The notes beneath the pieces are model-generated. The model saw only the letters and a program-made list of their open reading frames with translations, did no database searches and had not been told where the DNA came from. The position numbers and the translations under genes were made by a program. Below are positions 19,157-30,051 of a stretch of DNA of 64,000 bases, one piece after another. Each line of letters begins with the position of its first letter. The first letter of the stretch is position 1. Origin of the DNA: an uncultured cyanobacterium (GTDB taxonomy: Bacteria > Cyanobacteriota > Cyanobacteriia > Cyanobacteriales > CAWUOF01); assembly GCA_963744145.1 (NCBI GenBank), contig CAVUSO010000001.1, positions 2,912,001 to 2,976,000 on the forward strand. The letters run 5' to 3'.

Positions 19157-20074
19157 TTAAAGTAGACATTGTTCAATCGTTGCGACAACTGATTGAGACA
19201 AGGATGATAAATCATAACCACCTTCTAACCCAAACAAAATCCGACGCTGGATTTGTAAACAATATTGGGTAAATAGTTTAAAGTCCTGGGGTAAAAGTTG
19301 GATTTGGGCTAAAGGATCAGCCATGTTAGCATCATAACCAGCACTAACAATTAATAAATCTGGCTGAACTTTAGTTAAAAAAGGCATTACCTTGGTTTCA
19401 AAAGCTGTCTGATATTCTAGACTACCACTACCTGGAATCATGGGAATATTTAAAACATTATCGTAGGCACCACATTCATTTTCATAGCCAGTTCCAGGAT
19501 AACAAGGTGATTGATGTAATGAACAATAAGCGATCTGGGGATGATTTTCCACGATCGCTTGTGTCCCATTACCATGATGGACATCCCAATCTAAAATAGC
19601 TACGCGCTGAATTCCTGCTTGAGTTAAAGCATAAATAGCTGCGATCGCTGCATTAGAAAACAAACAAAAACCCATCCCTTGCTCACTCATCGCATGATGT
19701 CCAGGAGGACGTGCTAACACAAAAGCTGGTTCATTCCTAGTGATGACCAGATCCACCCCATCTAACCAAGCACTAATCGCTAAGAGAGCTACATCATAAC
19801 TCTGAGCAGAAACAGGAGTGTCAGGAGTGAGGTAACCACCACCCCGATCGGCAATATACTTCACTTCTTCAATATATGCAGGGTCATGCACTTGTGTGAG
19901 TAAAGGCATGAAAGAGCGTTGGTCAACCCTAGTAGGTAATTGCCATTTGATCTGGTTAGCCCAAGGAACAGCTTGTAATGCTTCCACGATCGCACTCAAA
20001 CGAGCAGGTCGTTCTGGGTGAACTCGACCAGTATCATGGAGCAAGAAATCTTCTGAATAGATTACAGATACCAT
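19157..20074 (-). CDS. Histone deacetylase-family (AcuC/AphA) protein
   Basis: HPERPARL, RPPGHHA, GFCLF, DWDVHHGNGT, SAGYD, LEGGY. Confidence 0.95.
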   Translation of the reverse strand: MVSVIYSEDFLLHDTGRVHPERPARLSAIVEALQAVPWANQIKWQLPTRVDQRSFMPLLTQVHDPAYIEEVKYIADRGGGYLTPDTPVSAQSYDVALLAISAWLDGVDLVITRNEPAFVLARPPGHHAMSEQGMGFCLFSNAAIAAIYALTQAGIQRVAILDWDVHHGNGTQAIVENHPQIAYCSLHQSPCYPGTGYENECGAYDNVLNIPMIPGSGSLEYQTAFETKVMPFLTKVQPDLLIVSAGYDANMADPLAQIQLLPQDFKLFTQYCLQIQRRILFGLEGGYDLSSLSQSVVATIEQCLL

Positions 20075-20140
20075 AGATGCCGATACAGATGTGTGATGGG
20101 CAAGTGATGACATTAACCCAATGCCATCAGCGATCGCTTT

Positions 20141-20716
20141 TTAGCTATCTTGATCAATATTAATGGGATTTTTACTATTGGGTTTTGGTTCAAAATCCGG
20201 GGCATAAGCTTGGAGTAAGGTGCTAACTTGAAAGAGAACTTCATTACTCGAAGATTTACCCAAAGCTTGACGCTCTGGAAAAAAGACTGGTCGATTAATA
20301 CTACGAGTGATCGCTTCATTCACTTGACTCGCAATCAGTCCTTGTAATTCTTCTTTAGCACGGGAACGCTGGTAGTTAGCACCTTCTTCCGTCGTCGCAT
20401 AGAGAGGAGGTAAGCGATTTAAAGCATAAGCAGCAATATCCCCCACATCCATAGTCCGATCGCTAGTTGCTTCAATTTCTGCTACTCGGGCGATCGCTTC
20501 TGAGAGTACCAATTCTTCCATCACATTGATAAACTGTTTGCGGGGAAGAACTACCACCTCACCAGTTAACAAAGCTCCCATCAGCCGATCGAGAGCCATA
20601 TACTCTTCAATCGACAGTTCAGAAGCAGTATTACAGATCCGACCGACCTCAGCTTCCATCGATGGTGTTAAATAACCATCCTGCAATGCTTGTTCAACAA
20701 TTTTTTCAATACTCAT
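20141..20716 (-). CDS. ComFB-domain protein
   Basis: INVMEELV, DIAAYALNRLPPLYAT. Confidence 0.85.
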   Translation of the reverse strand: MSIEKIVEQALQDGYLTPSMEAEVGRICNTASELSIEEYMALDRLMGALLTGEVVVLPRKQFINVMEELVLSEAIARVAEIEATSDRTMDVGDIAAYALNRLPPLYATTEEGANYQRSRAKEELQGLIASQVNEAITRSINRPVFFPERQALGKSSSNEVLFQVSTLLQAYAPDFEPKPNSKNPINIDQDS

Positions 20717-20846
20717 AATACCCTTATACTCCACAAGCCCACTTCTCCTCATCGGATTTCGCTGTGATTTAATGCTAGTCCGGCTCTAAATTGCTCAAAC
20801 CTGAAAATTACTTGCTACATAACAATTATTTTTATCAAGTCCTACC

Positions 20847-21740
20847 TTACTCTAATCCTTGGTAGCGCCAGGGAACTGGGTCAACTGCAAGTCCATGTAC
20901 ATATAATCCCCAATGTAAATGAGGACCAGCTGCTGCACCAGTATCACCCACAGCACCGATGACCTGTCCAGCTTGGACAAAATCACCTTCCTTGACATCA
21001 ATCCGACTTAAGTGCAAAAACGCACTGGTAATTCCTTGACCGTGATCAATGCCGATGATGTTACCGTTGATTTGGAATCCCTGAGATTCTAGTCCCACTA
21101 AAGCCACTTTTCCAGGTGCTGGTGCAACCACTGGAGAACCCTTGTCACCGGCATAATCTACTCCTCGATGATAATAGTCTTTGGCAAATTCTCCATTGTA
21201 ATAACGACGTACTCCGTAAATAGCTGTGATTTCCCCCTCATTAGGTCGCAAAAATTTTCCATTCCAAAGTTTTTTTGGTGTTTCTAATTTTTTGAAAGCA
21301 TCCACGCGATTAAATTCATAATCCGAGATGTCAACGTCTTTACCAGGATCTAACCAAATTGATTGGGTCGGAAATTCCCGATCGCGAACTTCTACAGCTA
21401 AATTTTTCCTTTGACCAGCTTGGGTCACCTGAATTGGCCAAGTCCCTGGTTGATCTAAGGGTGTGGTCGGTAAAAAAGCCCGGAAGCGATGTTGGTCTAT
21501 GGGATAAGCAGGATAGTTTTGTTTATTCATGGAAATCAGCGGTGGAGTGGTCGGGTCTCCAGATTGATCAAGTTGAATCACCACTGACAAGGTATCTCCT
21601 AGTTGAGCTGAGATCGGGTGTAATTGTACCTGGAAAGCTAAACTTGGCATTGCTACCACGATTAAAAATGTACAAACACAAATTGCCATCCCGATTGTCT
21701 GATTTTTTAATGCTTTTAAAGCGAAGCTAATTTTCTTCAT
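20847..21740 (-). CDS. M23-family peptidase
   Basis: HRGVDYA, IDHGQG, HL, GPHLHW. Confidence 0.92.
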   Translation of the reverse strand: MKKISFALKALKNQTIGMAICVCTFLIVVAMPSLAFQVQLHPISAQLGDTLSVVIQLDQSGDPTTPPLISMNKQNYPAYPIDQHRFRAFLPTTPLDQPGTWPIQVTQAGQRKNLAVEVRDREFPTQSIWLDPGKDVDISDYEFNRVDAFKKLETPKKLWNGKFLRPNEGEITAIYGVRRYYNGEFAKDYYHRGVDYAGDKGSPVVAPAPGKVALVGLESQGFQINGNIIGIDHGQGITSAFLHLSRIDVKEGDFVQAGQVIGAVGDTGAAAGPHLHWGLYVHGLAVDPVPWRYQGLE

Positions 21741-22156
21741 GAGTATTTACCAACTTTCCTAATTACAGGACAATAGGACTTAAATCACCACTTTTGGGGG
21801 TCATAAGTCAGAAAAATCTTTGTCGTATTCGCCAATAGACTAACGCTTTCTCGGGATACTTTCCACTTTATCAGGTAATGTCTCTTGGCCCAAATAAAAT
21901 TCTAATTCACCATGATTAATTTTCGCGATCGAATTAGAACCAACGGGCGATCGGCTTTTGTATTTTGCCCCAAGTTCGATCCCTAGAGATTTAGTCGGAC
22001 AAATTATCTTTTAAATGATAACTGGGTCGCAATTATATTCACTTAACAGATTAATCTGCCCAATTACCTAAATATTTTTCTGTTCAATGGGCTGTAATTT
22101 TTACTCATAGAAAAATAAATATAGTCCCGACCTAACTGTTTCAAACTACCCGAACA

Positions 22157-22268
22157 CCTCTCCCCCAACCCCTCTCCTAAGAGGAAAGGGGAGCAGAAAT
22201 TAATCCGATTAAATCACGCATATTAATTACTCCCTATCCCTAGTAGGGAAGGGGGTTGGGGGGTTAGG
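22157..22268. repeat. Inverted pair of CCCCCAACCCC-type cyanobacterial palindromic repeats
   Basis: CCTCTCCCCCAACCCCTCTCCTAAGAGGAAAGGGGAG ... CTCCCTATCCCTAGTAGGGAAGGGGGTTGGGGGGTTAGG; half copy near 43837-43875. Confidence 0.7.
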
Positions 22269-22319
22269 TCTATAATTTAGAGGTGAGAGTAAAACAGTCC
22301 TAACTTAGTCAGGGAGGAT

Positions 22320-22532
22320 TTATTCTTTTGGTTTGATATAAACTAAAGCTTCTAAACGGATCATAATTTGATGCTCTTGGCTATCAAGAATACAGATAAA
22401 TTGGGTATCTTGCCAAAAAATTTTGCCGTTTAAGACATCATTGGTGATAATTTTTACCTCTACTTCTTTTTTCTCTTTAATCAAACTCTGAATTTTGCGA
22501 ATACTCGGCAAATCTCTCTCTAATTCAGCCAT
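22320..22532 (-). CDS. hfq: Cyanobacterial Hfq
   Basis: LPSIR.IQ..I...KEVEVK, GKIFWQD, A.VYIKP; divergent from dapF. Confidence 0.85.
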   Translation of the reverse strand: MAELERDLPSIRKIQSLIKEKKEVEVKIITNDVLNGKIFWQDTQFICILDSQEHQIMIRLEALVYIKPKE

Positions 22533-22594
22533 AATAAGATCCTGATTAAGTACAAATTCAGCTTACCTTTGGAATTGACACATGGGAGATGTTT

Positions 22595-23473
22595 ATGGCA
22601 ATTGAGTTTAGTAAGTATCATGGTTTAGGTAATGATTTCATTTTAATTGATAATCGCTACCAGTCTGAACCTTGTCTAACCCCAGAATTAGCTGTACAAT
22701 GGTGCGATCGCCATTTTGGAATTGGTGCTGATGGGGTAATTTTTGCCTTACCAGGACAAAATGGAGCTGATTATACCATGAGAATCTTTAATTCTGATGG
22801 TTCTGAACCAGAAATGTGTGGTAATGGGATTCGTTGTTTAGCTAAGTTTATTGCTTCTTTCGATCGCACCCTGAACACAGTCGAAGGGTCTAAGAGTTTT
22901 GACCACCATGATAGTCATTTGAGTGAATATCGGATTCATACTCTAGCTGGGATCATCACACCCCAATTAACTGCTTCCGGGGAAGTTAAGGTGGATATGG
23001 GTATACCACGACTGTTAGCTCATGAAATTCCTACTACTATAGTTGCGGCTGATGCTAAAGTGGTTGATACTAATTTAGTGGTAAATGACCAATCTTGGCT
23101 AGTCACTTGTGTGAATATGGGCAATCCCCATTGTATCACTTTTGTCGATGATGTGAGTGTGATTGACTTAGCAAAAATTGGACCGGAGTTTGAGCATCAT
23201 CCAGTTTTTCCCCAACGGACTAATACGGAATTTATCCAAGTGATCAGTAGAGATTACCTGAAAATGCGGGTCTGGGAAAGAGGTGCTGGGATCACTTTAG
23301 CTTGTGGAACTGGTGCTTGTGCAGCTGTCGTTGCTGGGGTATTAAGTGGTAAATGCGATCGCATTGCTACGGTAGAACTTCCTGGTGGTTTACTGGAAAT
23401 AGAATGGTCTAGTGCGACCCAACGAGTTTATATGACGGGTCCAGCGACCAAAGTTTTTACTGGTACAGTTTAA
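22595..23473 (+). CDS. dapF: Diaminopimelate epimerase
   Basis: [41 protein letters not shown]. Confidence 0.97.
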   Translation: MAIEFSKYHGLGNDFILIDNRYQSEPCLTPELAVQWCDRHFGIGADGVIFALPGQNGADYTMRIFNSDGSEPEMCGNGIRCLAKFIASFDRTLNTVEGSKSFDHHDSHLSEYRIHTLAGIITPQLTASGEVKVDMGIPRLLAHEIPTTIVAADAKVVDTNLVVNDQSWLVTCVNMGNPHCITFVDDVSVIDLAKIGPEFEHHPVFPQRTNTEFIQVISRDYLKMRVWERGAGITLACGTGACAAVVAGVLSGKCDRIATVELPGGLLEIEWSSATQRVYMTGPATKVFTGTV

Positions 23474-25273
23474 TTATTGTAATTGTTCCACAGTAGCCCT
23501 AAAACCGTTACTAGTCATGCGTTTTAACATCCATTCCGCTTTATCCTGTTCCCGATCGCGATAAGCTCCTACCTGGATCACTGTTCTTCCTTGAAAAACT
23601 CGCTCGAAAGCATCAGGAACCAGCTTTTTTACTTTTGCTTCCTGACGATCATTTTCGATTTCGACTACCACTCGATAGCGAAACCCCATAATTGTCACTG
23701 GGTTAGGTGGGGGTGGAGGATTTCCTGATGTAGTTTGATTGAGATCAACGGGGGTTGGTAGTGTTGTTTGATATCCAATGGGAATATCGGGACTTGGAAC
23801 CGGTAATACACCCGGAGTCAGGGTTGGTAGATCCGGATTTATATTAGATCTACTTAAATTGGTTGGTAATTCTGTTGCTCTTGGTGATGGTACTACCAGA
23901 TTAACAGGTTTAGATGTGGATGTTACTTGGGTATTAGGTTGAGGTACAGGGATGGGAATGGGAGAGAGTTCTCTAGATGGAATCTGTTTAGAAACAACGG
24001 GAGTAGAGGATTGGGGGGGTGATAGCTGAATAACTTGGACCGGAGGGAGAGAAAATTGAGGGTTACTTGGTGCTGTGACTGGTATATTGGTAGCTATTTG
24101 AGGCTCGATCGGCACACTAGTAATAGTTGTGTTTCCTCCTAGATCAATACGTCCATTCGTATGTCCAGAGGTGATCTGATTACCAAAAGCAGGAATAATT
24201 TGCTTAGTAGCTTTGGCATCAATATCTAGTTTGCCATTATTCCGTAAAATATTGCCACCCTGTTCACGGGTAGTACCTAAATCCGGTTGAGCATTAGCGA
24301 TCGCGACTACTCCATCTTCCAGATTACCTTCAATCACATTCTTGCGTAAAATTGGCCGGGAATTAGCTTGAGCAACCACACCAGACCGATTTTTGGTAAT
24401 TCGATTACTGACTAAAACTGGTGTAGCATTTTGGGCAATGTTAATTCCATATCCAGTTTGATCAAAGATATTTTCCCTAATCTCTGGTTGAGCTGTCCCA
24501 TAAATCGTGATCCCATTAGCTCCGTTTTGGTAAAAATAATTGTTACGAATGATCGATGTACTACTACCCATAATGGAAACCCCATCATGGTTATTTCCGG
24601 TAAAAGTATTATCACTAATGATTGGACTGGTAGATTCAATCCATACTCCATAACCCCGATCGTTGGGATTGACTACAGTTACTCCAGTTAATCCAGCTTG
24701 GTTTTCTCCTAAAATTGTAATATTTTGTTCAGCAAAGCTCGGACTGATAAAAAGTCCACCACCTTTAATGATAATATTCTGTCCATGATTGCCTGGATCA
24801 CCTTGAATTGTGATCCCTGGTTTTAATTTTAAGGGGAATGTTTCACCACTATCGTTGCTGTAGGTGCCGGGTGCGATTAAGATGACTGTATTTGGAGTAG
24901 CCAGATTTAAAGCATAGCTGATCGTTTTTAAAGGAGCGCGATCGCTACCGTTATTTGGTGTATCCTGACCGTTAGTAACATTAACAAACAATATTTTTGT
25001 TTGCGCTAAGAGTTGTAGACTAGGATTTTGGGCTAATGGTCGTGATGGTGCGCTGATCATTGCTTCAACTGGCACCCTTACACTTAAGATGATGCTAACT
25101 GCTAATCCTAAGTAGGTTAAATGGCTGTAGTTAGGTTGACTGTGACTGAGGAAATTTTGGCGGGCACTATGGTTTGGAGCGGTATATTTACAACTACGGG
25201 GGTTAATTAAATTCACAGCTTTCCTCCTGGGCTGGTGTAGACTGATGGCAGATTGGCAAGAGATTAACAACAA
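23474..25273 (-). CDS. DUF1565 beta-helix protein with Pro-rich linker and SPOR-like C-terminus (start uncertain)
   Basis: PLKTI..AL, PGTYS..SGETFPL, parallel beta-helix repeats, YRVVV...VP.AF...IQVGAY. Confidence 0.8.
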   Translation of the reverse strand: MLLISCQSAISLHQPRRKAVNLINPRSCKYTAPNHSARQNFLSHSQPNYSHLTYLGLAVSIILSVRVPVEAMISAPSRPLAQNPSLQLLAQTKILFVNVTNGQDTPNNGSDRAPLKTISYALNLATPNTVILIAPGTYSNDSGETFPLKLKPGITIQGDPGNHGQNIIIKGGGLFISPSFAEQNITILGENQAGLTGVTVVNPNDRGYGVWIESTSPIISDNTFTGNNHDGVSIMGSSTSIIRNNYFYQNGANGITIYGTAQPEIRENIFDQTGYGINIAQNATPVLVSNRITKNRSGVVAQANSRPILRKNVIEGNLEDGVVAIANAQPDLGTTREQGGNILRNNGKLDIDAKATKQIIPAFGNQITSGHTNGRIDLGGNTTITSVPIEPQIATNIPVTAPSNPQFSLPPVQVIQLSPPQSSTPVVSKQIPSRELSPIPIPVPQPNTQVTSTSKPVNLVVPSPRATELPTNLSRSNINPDLPTLTPGVLPVPSPDIPIGYQTTLPTPVDLNQTTSGNPPPPPNPVTIMGFRYRVVVEIENDRQEAKVKKLVPDAFERVFQGRTVIQVGAYRDREQDKAEWMLKRMTSNGFRATVEQLQ

Positions 25274-25505
25274 CTATTTTTTTTTTGGTAGGTAGTAGTA
25301 GTTGGAGGCTTGGCAATGAGCAACTAATAAAAACTGAGGATAGCCCGATCAGATTTTGTTTGCTGAAGATAATTTGAAAATTTAATAAAACTTAATATAT
25401 AAGGGAAATGACTGCATAACTGGCAAAATTATTTCGGGATTTGCTGGTTTGTCCAAGGGTGACCAGAACGGAAACAGATGGTTAGGATCAAAAAATTAAT
25501 GGGAT

Positions 25506-26615
25506 ATGATTTCCATGAGTGATAAACAGAACTGGATAGAAGAACGGACACCAGGAGGGATCTTACAAGCACAACCAGCCCTCTGTCGCATTTTAGATGC
25601 TAATCTAGATCGGGCAAGGGAAGGGTTGCGGATTGTGGAAGAATGGTGTCGTTTTGGACTAAATAATGCTCAGTTGGTAAGTGAGTGTAAGCAATTACGA
25701 CAAGAATTAGCAACTTGGCATAAGATGGAATTGCGAAGTTGGAGGGATACTCCGGGAGATCCTGGAACTGACCTAACCCATCCCCAGGAAGAAGAACGTG
25801 CTGGGATTGGACAATTGTTACAAGCAAATTTCTGTCGGGTCGAAGAAGCACTCCGAGTATTAGAAGAATATGGCAAATTGTATAAACTAGAGATGGCAAA
25901 TGCTTTAAAACAAATGCGTTATCGGGTTTATACCTTAGAAAGTACCCTGTTAGCTTATCGACGACATCAGCAACTAGAGCGATCGCAATTATATTTGATC
26001 ACCTCACCAGCCGAACAATTAATCCCGATCGTCGAAGCAGCTTTACAAGGTGGGTTGAGTATGGTGCAATACCGTGATAAAACGGCTGATGATCGGAAAC
26101 GGTTAGAGCAAATTACTCAAATTCGTCAGCTCTGCGATCGCTATGGGGCTCTGTTTATTGTTAACGATCGAGTGGATCTAGCTCTAGCTGTGGGTGCTGA
26201 TGGTGTTCATTTGGGTCAGGGGGATGTACCCATTAACTTAGCCCGACAAGTGCTTGGTCCGCAACGTTTAATTGGTCGCTCCACTACTAATCCCGAAGAA
26301 ATGCACCGAGCAATTCAAGAGGGAGCAGATTATATTGGTGTCGGTCCGATCTATGAAACTCCTACCAAACCTGGTAAAGCCGCTGTAGGATTAGATTATG
26401 TTCGTTATGCTGCGGCCCATTGTTCGATTCCTTGGTTCACTATTGGTGGAATTGATACTAATAATGTACTCGAAGTTCTCTCTGCTGGTGCCGAGCGAGT
26501 GTCAGTAGTCCGAGCAATTATGCAAGCTGAACAACCGACTTTGGTGACTCAATATTTCCTCTCCCAATTAACTCGTGTTCACACTCTCCGAGTTTTAAAA
26601 GGTAACGAGCGTTAA
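25506..26615 (+). CDS. thiE: Thiamine-phosphate synthase (long cyanobacterial form)
   Basis: RILDANLDRAREGLR, VQYRDK, NDRVD, GVHLGQ.D, TPTK. Confidence 0.95.
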   Translation: MISMSDKQNWIEERTPGGILQAQPALCRILDANLDRAREGLRIVEEWCRFGLNNAQLVSECKQLRQELATWHKMELRSWRDTPGDPGTDLTHPQEEERAGIGQLLQANFCRVEEALRVLEEYGKLYKLEMANALKQMRYRVYTLESTLLAYRRHQQLERSQLYLITSPAEQLIPIVEAALQGGLSMVQYRDKTADDRKRLEQITQIRQLCDRYGALFIVNDRVDLALAVGADGVHLGQGDVPINLARQVLGPQRLIGRSTTNPEEMHRAIQEGADYIGVGPIYETPTKPGKAAVGLDYVRYAAAHCSIPWFTIGGIDTNNVLEVLSAGAERVSVVRAIMQAEQPTLVTQYFLSQLTRVHTLRVLKGNER

Positions 26616-26631
26616 TTTAATCTTAAATCAG

Positions 26632-26847
26632 ATGATCTCTAGCCAAATTACCCTCCAAATTAATGGTGAAAACCATACCTGTGACGCTAATACTAAACTT
26701 CCAGACCTGTTAATTATGTTGGGATTAAATCCCCGCTTGTTGGCAATAGAATATAATGGAGAAATATTACATCGACAATTTTGGCAAGAAACGGAAATCC
26801 AACCGGGCGATCGTCTAGAAATAGTGACAATTGTAGGTGGTGGTTAA
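26632..26847 (+). CDS. thiS: Sulfur carrier ThiS
   Basis: EYNGEIL, DRLEIVTIVGGG C-terminus. Confidence 0.95.
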   Translation: MISSQITLQINGENHTCDANTKLPDLLIMLGLNPRLLAIEYNGEILHRQFWQETEIQPGDRLEIVTIVGGG

Positions 26848-26898
26848 GCTTGTTAGAACTGCTATCGTGTTTTTTAAGCTGGGATTTGGTAAGGTAAT

Positions 26899-27867
26899 AT
26901 GCACAAAAAACTACTTTCTGTAATTAAACCACTGTTGAAATCTTTACTACTGCTCGGTCTGATCTTGGGAGTAGCACTCGGACAACCAGATGGGGCTCTA
27001 GCTGCTCGGAGTGGTGGTCGAATTGGGGGTGGTTCTTTTTCAGCACCAAGTCGGAGTTATGCTCCACCAAGTCGGAGTTATGCTCCTTCTGGGGGGTATT
27101 ATCCCTCCTATCCAGGTGGAGGTTTTGGGTTTCCCTTCTTGATTCCGTTTTTTGGTGGGAGCGGAATTTTTGGTGGGTTCTTCTCGATTTTGATCTTTTT
27201 AGCGATCGCGAATTTTATTGTCCAAAGTTTCCGTCGCATTGGGGCTTCAGAAACGACGGATGAGTTAGGTTATAGTAATCCTAATGTATCTGTTGCTAAG
27301 GTACAAGTTGGTCTGTTAGCTAATGCTCGGACTTTACAAACAGAGTTGAATGAATTAGCTGAATCTGCTGATACTGGATCAGCTAATGGTCGAGCGAAAG
27401 TATTACAAGAAGCTTCTCTTGCATTATTACGTCATCCAGAATATTGGATTTATGGTGGTGCTGAATCTGAACAAACTCGTTTAGCGACAGCGGAAGCTAA
27501 GTTTAATCAATTAGCGTTAGCAGAACGGAGTAAGTTTACTGAAGAAACTCTGTCTAATGTTAATAATCAGCTTCGACAAGCTCGTCAGTCTCTACCTGGG
27601 GGAGACAATGGGAGTGAATTAGCACAACAAAGTGTAACCGAATCGGGAGAATACATAGTTGTCACAATTCTAGCAGGAATACAAGGAGCGCTCAAGTTTC
27701 CTCCTATTCATAATTCAGAGGATCTAACTCAAGCACTACGTCAAATAGGTAGTATATCGAGCGAAAACCTGTTAGCGATCGAGATTCTCTGGACTCCTCA
27801 AGCTGTCGGTGATACACTTTCTGCCGATGATATGATTGCTGAATATGCTAATCTGAAACTGATTTAG
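26899..27867 (+). CDS. DUF1517 membrane protein
   Basis: SGGRIGGGSF, LALLRHP, ERSKF..ET, E.LWTPQ..GDTL. Confidence 0.88.
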   Translation: MHKKLLSVIKPLLKSLLLLGLILGVALGQPDGALAARSGGRIGGGSFSAPSRSYAPPSRSYAPSGGYYPSYPGGGFGFPFLIPFFGGSGIFGGFFSILIFLAIANFIVQSFRRIGASETTDELGYSNPNVSVAKVQVGLLANARTLQTELNELAESADTGSANGRAKVLQEASLALLRHPEYWIYGGAESEQTRLATAEAKFNQLALAERSKFTEETLSNVNNQLRQARQSLPGGDNGSELAQQSVTESGEYIVVTILAGIQGALKFPPIHNSEDLTQALRQIGSISSENLLAIEILWTPQAVGDTLSADDMIAEYANLKLI

Positions 27868-27895
27868 TCGGATTAAGTATTACAAGTAATCAATG

Positions 27896-27923
27896 CCCGC
27901 TTTTTACTGAAAGCGGGTTTTTT
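27896..27923 (+). terminator. Intrinsic terminator
   Basis: CCCGCTTT-loop-AAAGCGGG followed by a T tract. Confidence 0.8.
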
Positions 27924-27967
27924 ATTAACGTTTGCTATAATCAAGTGATCCTAAATACATCAAAAAT

Positions 27968-29134
27968 ATGAAAATCAAAAGACTAGAATACCATGACCAT
28001 GCACATGGATGGTGTCTAAAACCAATAGAGTTTTCTAATCTCAATTTACTTGTTGGTATATCAGGTGCAGGTAAAACAAAAATTATAGAATCAATTTTAA
28101 ATCTGAGAAAAATCCTCAATCTCAGAAAAATTAAAGACCGAACATTTTTGAACGGTATTGAATGGAAAGTTATATTCTTAGCAGGAGAGCAAGAGTATTG
28201 CTGGGAAGGAAAATTTGAAACAAAGAAAATTATAGAAACAGATTTTCTTGATGAAACTAATAGTGATGACCAGGCTAAGATCATTTATGAAAAGCTGTAT
28301 TTAGATAAAAAAGTAATACTAGAAAGACGGGAGGTAAATGAGATTACATTCCAAGAAAAACAACTTCCTAAGTTGTCACCTTTTGAGAGTGTTGTAGAGC
28401 TTTTAAATAATGAAGATATTGTTAAACCAGCATGGGAAAGTTTTGAAAAAATAATTAATAGCGATGATAATCTACTGTCACAAAATGAGCTTTATCCTGT
28501 GCCCCTATCTATACTTTTAAATAAATATTTGTCTGAGGAAGAAATAATTAAAAGTGGTTTAAAAACACAGGTTAAATTAGCTTTAGTATACAATAAATTC
28601 CCAAAACTATTTCAAGAAATTCAAGATAGATTTATCCAGATTTTCCCCACCATTGAGGAGATTAAAATTGAGACTGTGGGCCATGAAATTTTGTCAAAAC
28701 TTCCGCAAATGTTAAGTGAGTTTCCATTTCTATATCTTAAAGAAAGAGATGTAGATAACTGGATCGAGCAAAGTGAAATTTCTTCTGGTATGTATAAAAC
28801 TATTATTCATATCGCTGAACTTTATTTGTCAGCCAATGGTAGTCTGATTATGATCGATGAATTTGAAAATAGTCTAGGAATTAACTGCATAGATGCTATA
28901 ACTGAAGAGCTAATTTCAGGGGAAAAAGGCTTACAATTTATTTTAACTAGCCATCATCCATACATAATTAATAATATTCCTATGGCTTATTGGAAAATAG
29001 TTATTCGTAAAGGTGGAGTAGTCACTGTCCGAAGTGCCGAAGATTTAAACTTAGGAAAATCCAAGCATCAAGCTTACCTACAGCTCATGAATAAACTAGA
29101 AGAATTTAGTGAGAAGGAAACTCAATCTGTATGA
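27968..29134 (+). CDS. AAA_21/ABC-type ATPase
   Basis: GISGAGKT, SSGM signature, MIDEFENSLG, LTSHHP. Confidence 0.88.
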   Translation: MKIKRLEYHDHAHGWCLKPIEFSNLNLLVGISGAGKTKIIESILNLRKILNLRKIKDRTFLNGIEWKVIFLAGEQEYCWEGKFETKKIIETDFLDETNSDDQAKIIYEKLYLDKKVILERREVNEITFQEKQLPKLSPFESVVELLNNEDIVKPAWESFEKIINSDDNLLSQNELYPVPLSILLNKYLSEEEIIKSGLKTQVKLALVYNKFPKLFQEIQDRFIQIFPTIEEIKIETVGHEILSKLPQMLSEFPFLYLKERDVDNWIEQSEISSGMYKTIIHIAELYLSANGSLIMIDEFENSLGINCIDAITEELISGEKGLQFILTSHHPYIINNIPMAYWKIVIRKGGVVTVRSAEDLNLGKSKHQAYLQLMNKLEEFSEKETQSV

Positions 29135-29853
29135 ATCTATATTTTCTTGTAGAAGGAAAATCTGAATTGGTTATCTATCGACAATGGTTAACTTATCTCT
29201 TACCCAATTTGACTAGAGTTAATGATTTTGATCAAATTACTGACAATAATTACTACATCTTCACTTGTGAAGGATATCCTAGCATGATCGATCAAGATTT
29301 ACCCAATGCGATTGAAGATGTAAATTCATTCAACTCTAATAACGCTCGTTATGATTATTTGTTAGTTTGTTTAGATGCAGATGAACTGGCGATAGAAGAG
29401 CGAAAAGAAGAAGTATACACATCATTACAATCCATAGATTTAGCTGGTTTAAAGCTAGTTTTAATTATCCAGAATCGTTGTCTAGAAACATGGCTTTTAG
29501 GAAATCGAAATTTTGTGCGAATGCAACTCGAAAATCAACCTGATGAGCGGCGAAAACCATTCCTAACTTACCAACAATTCTATAATGTTGCAACATCCGA
29601 TCCAGAATTAATGGGAGTGCATGACAATTTTAATACCCACTCTCAATTTCACGAGGCATATCTGAAGGCTGTGTTCAAAGCTAGGGGACTTTCCTATACA
29701 AAAGGTACATCAGGTGAAGCAGGGAAAGACTTCTATTTAAAAGAGTTAATTAAACGCACTCAAGATGAGCCGAATCATTTGAAATCTTTACAAAATTTAT
29801 TGAATTTTTGTAATATGATCAAAAATTATGGTTTTATCGGACTTGAGATGTAA
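29131..29853 (+). CDS. TOPRIM-like (DUF4276/DUF4435-like) protein coupled to the ATPase
   Basis: YFLVEGKSE, CLDAD, NRCLETWLL; ATGA overlap with the ATPase stop. Confidence 0.65.
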   Translation: MNLYFLVEGKSELVIYRQWLTYLLPNLTRVNDFDQITDNNYYIFTCEGYPSMIDQDLPNAIEDVNSFNSNNARYDYLLVCLDADELAIEERKEEVYTSLQSIDLAGLKLVLIIQNRCLETWLLGNRNFVRMQLENQPDERRKPFLTYQQFYNVATSDPELMGVHDNFNTHSQFHEAYLKAVFKARGLSYTKGTSGEAGKDFYLKELIKRTQDEPNHLKSLQNLLNFCNMIKNYGFIGLEM

Positions 29854-30051
29854 AATATCCAGATAAGATCTGATTTTTTGCGAAAAACATCAAATTTAGA
29901 AGTCATCCCAGCCCAAATAGCGCAAGTCCCGGAAATCGAACAAGCATTTGCCGATCGCGAATCGAATTAATTTAAGTGTCGAAGAACTAGATACCTTAGA
30001 AAAGCAAGAACAGTTTGTGTGAGAACAAAAAAATTTAGCGGAGGTTCCTAC

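Noticed and set aside
25280..25505. TPP riboswitch upstream of thiE
   Set aside because: No convincing CTGAGA / CCTGA..GGATAAT..CGTAGGGA consensus arrangement
29880..29970. Possible gene 3' fragment (VIPAQIAQVPEIEQAFADRESN*)
   Set aside because: Too short to assign without a search
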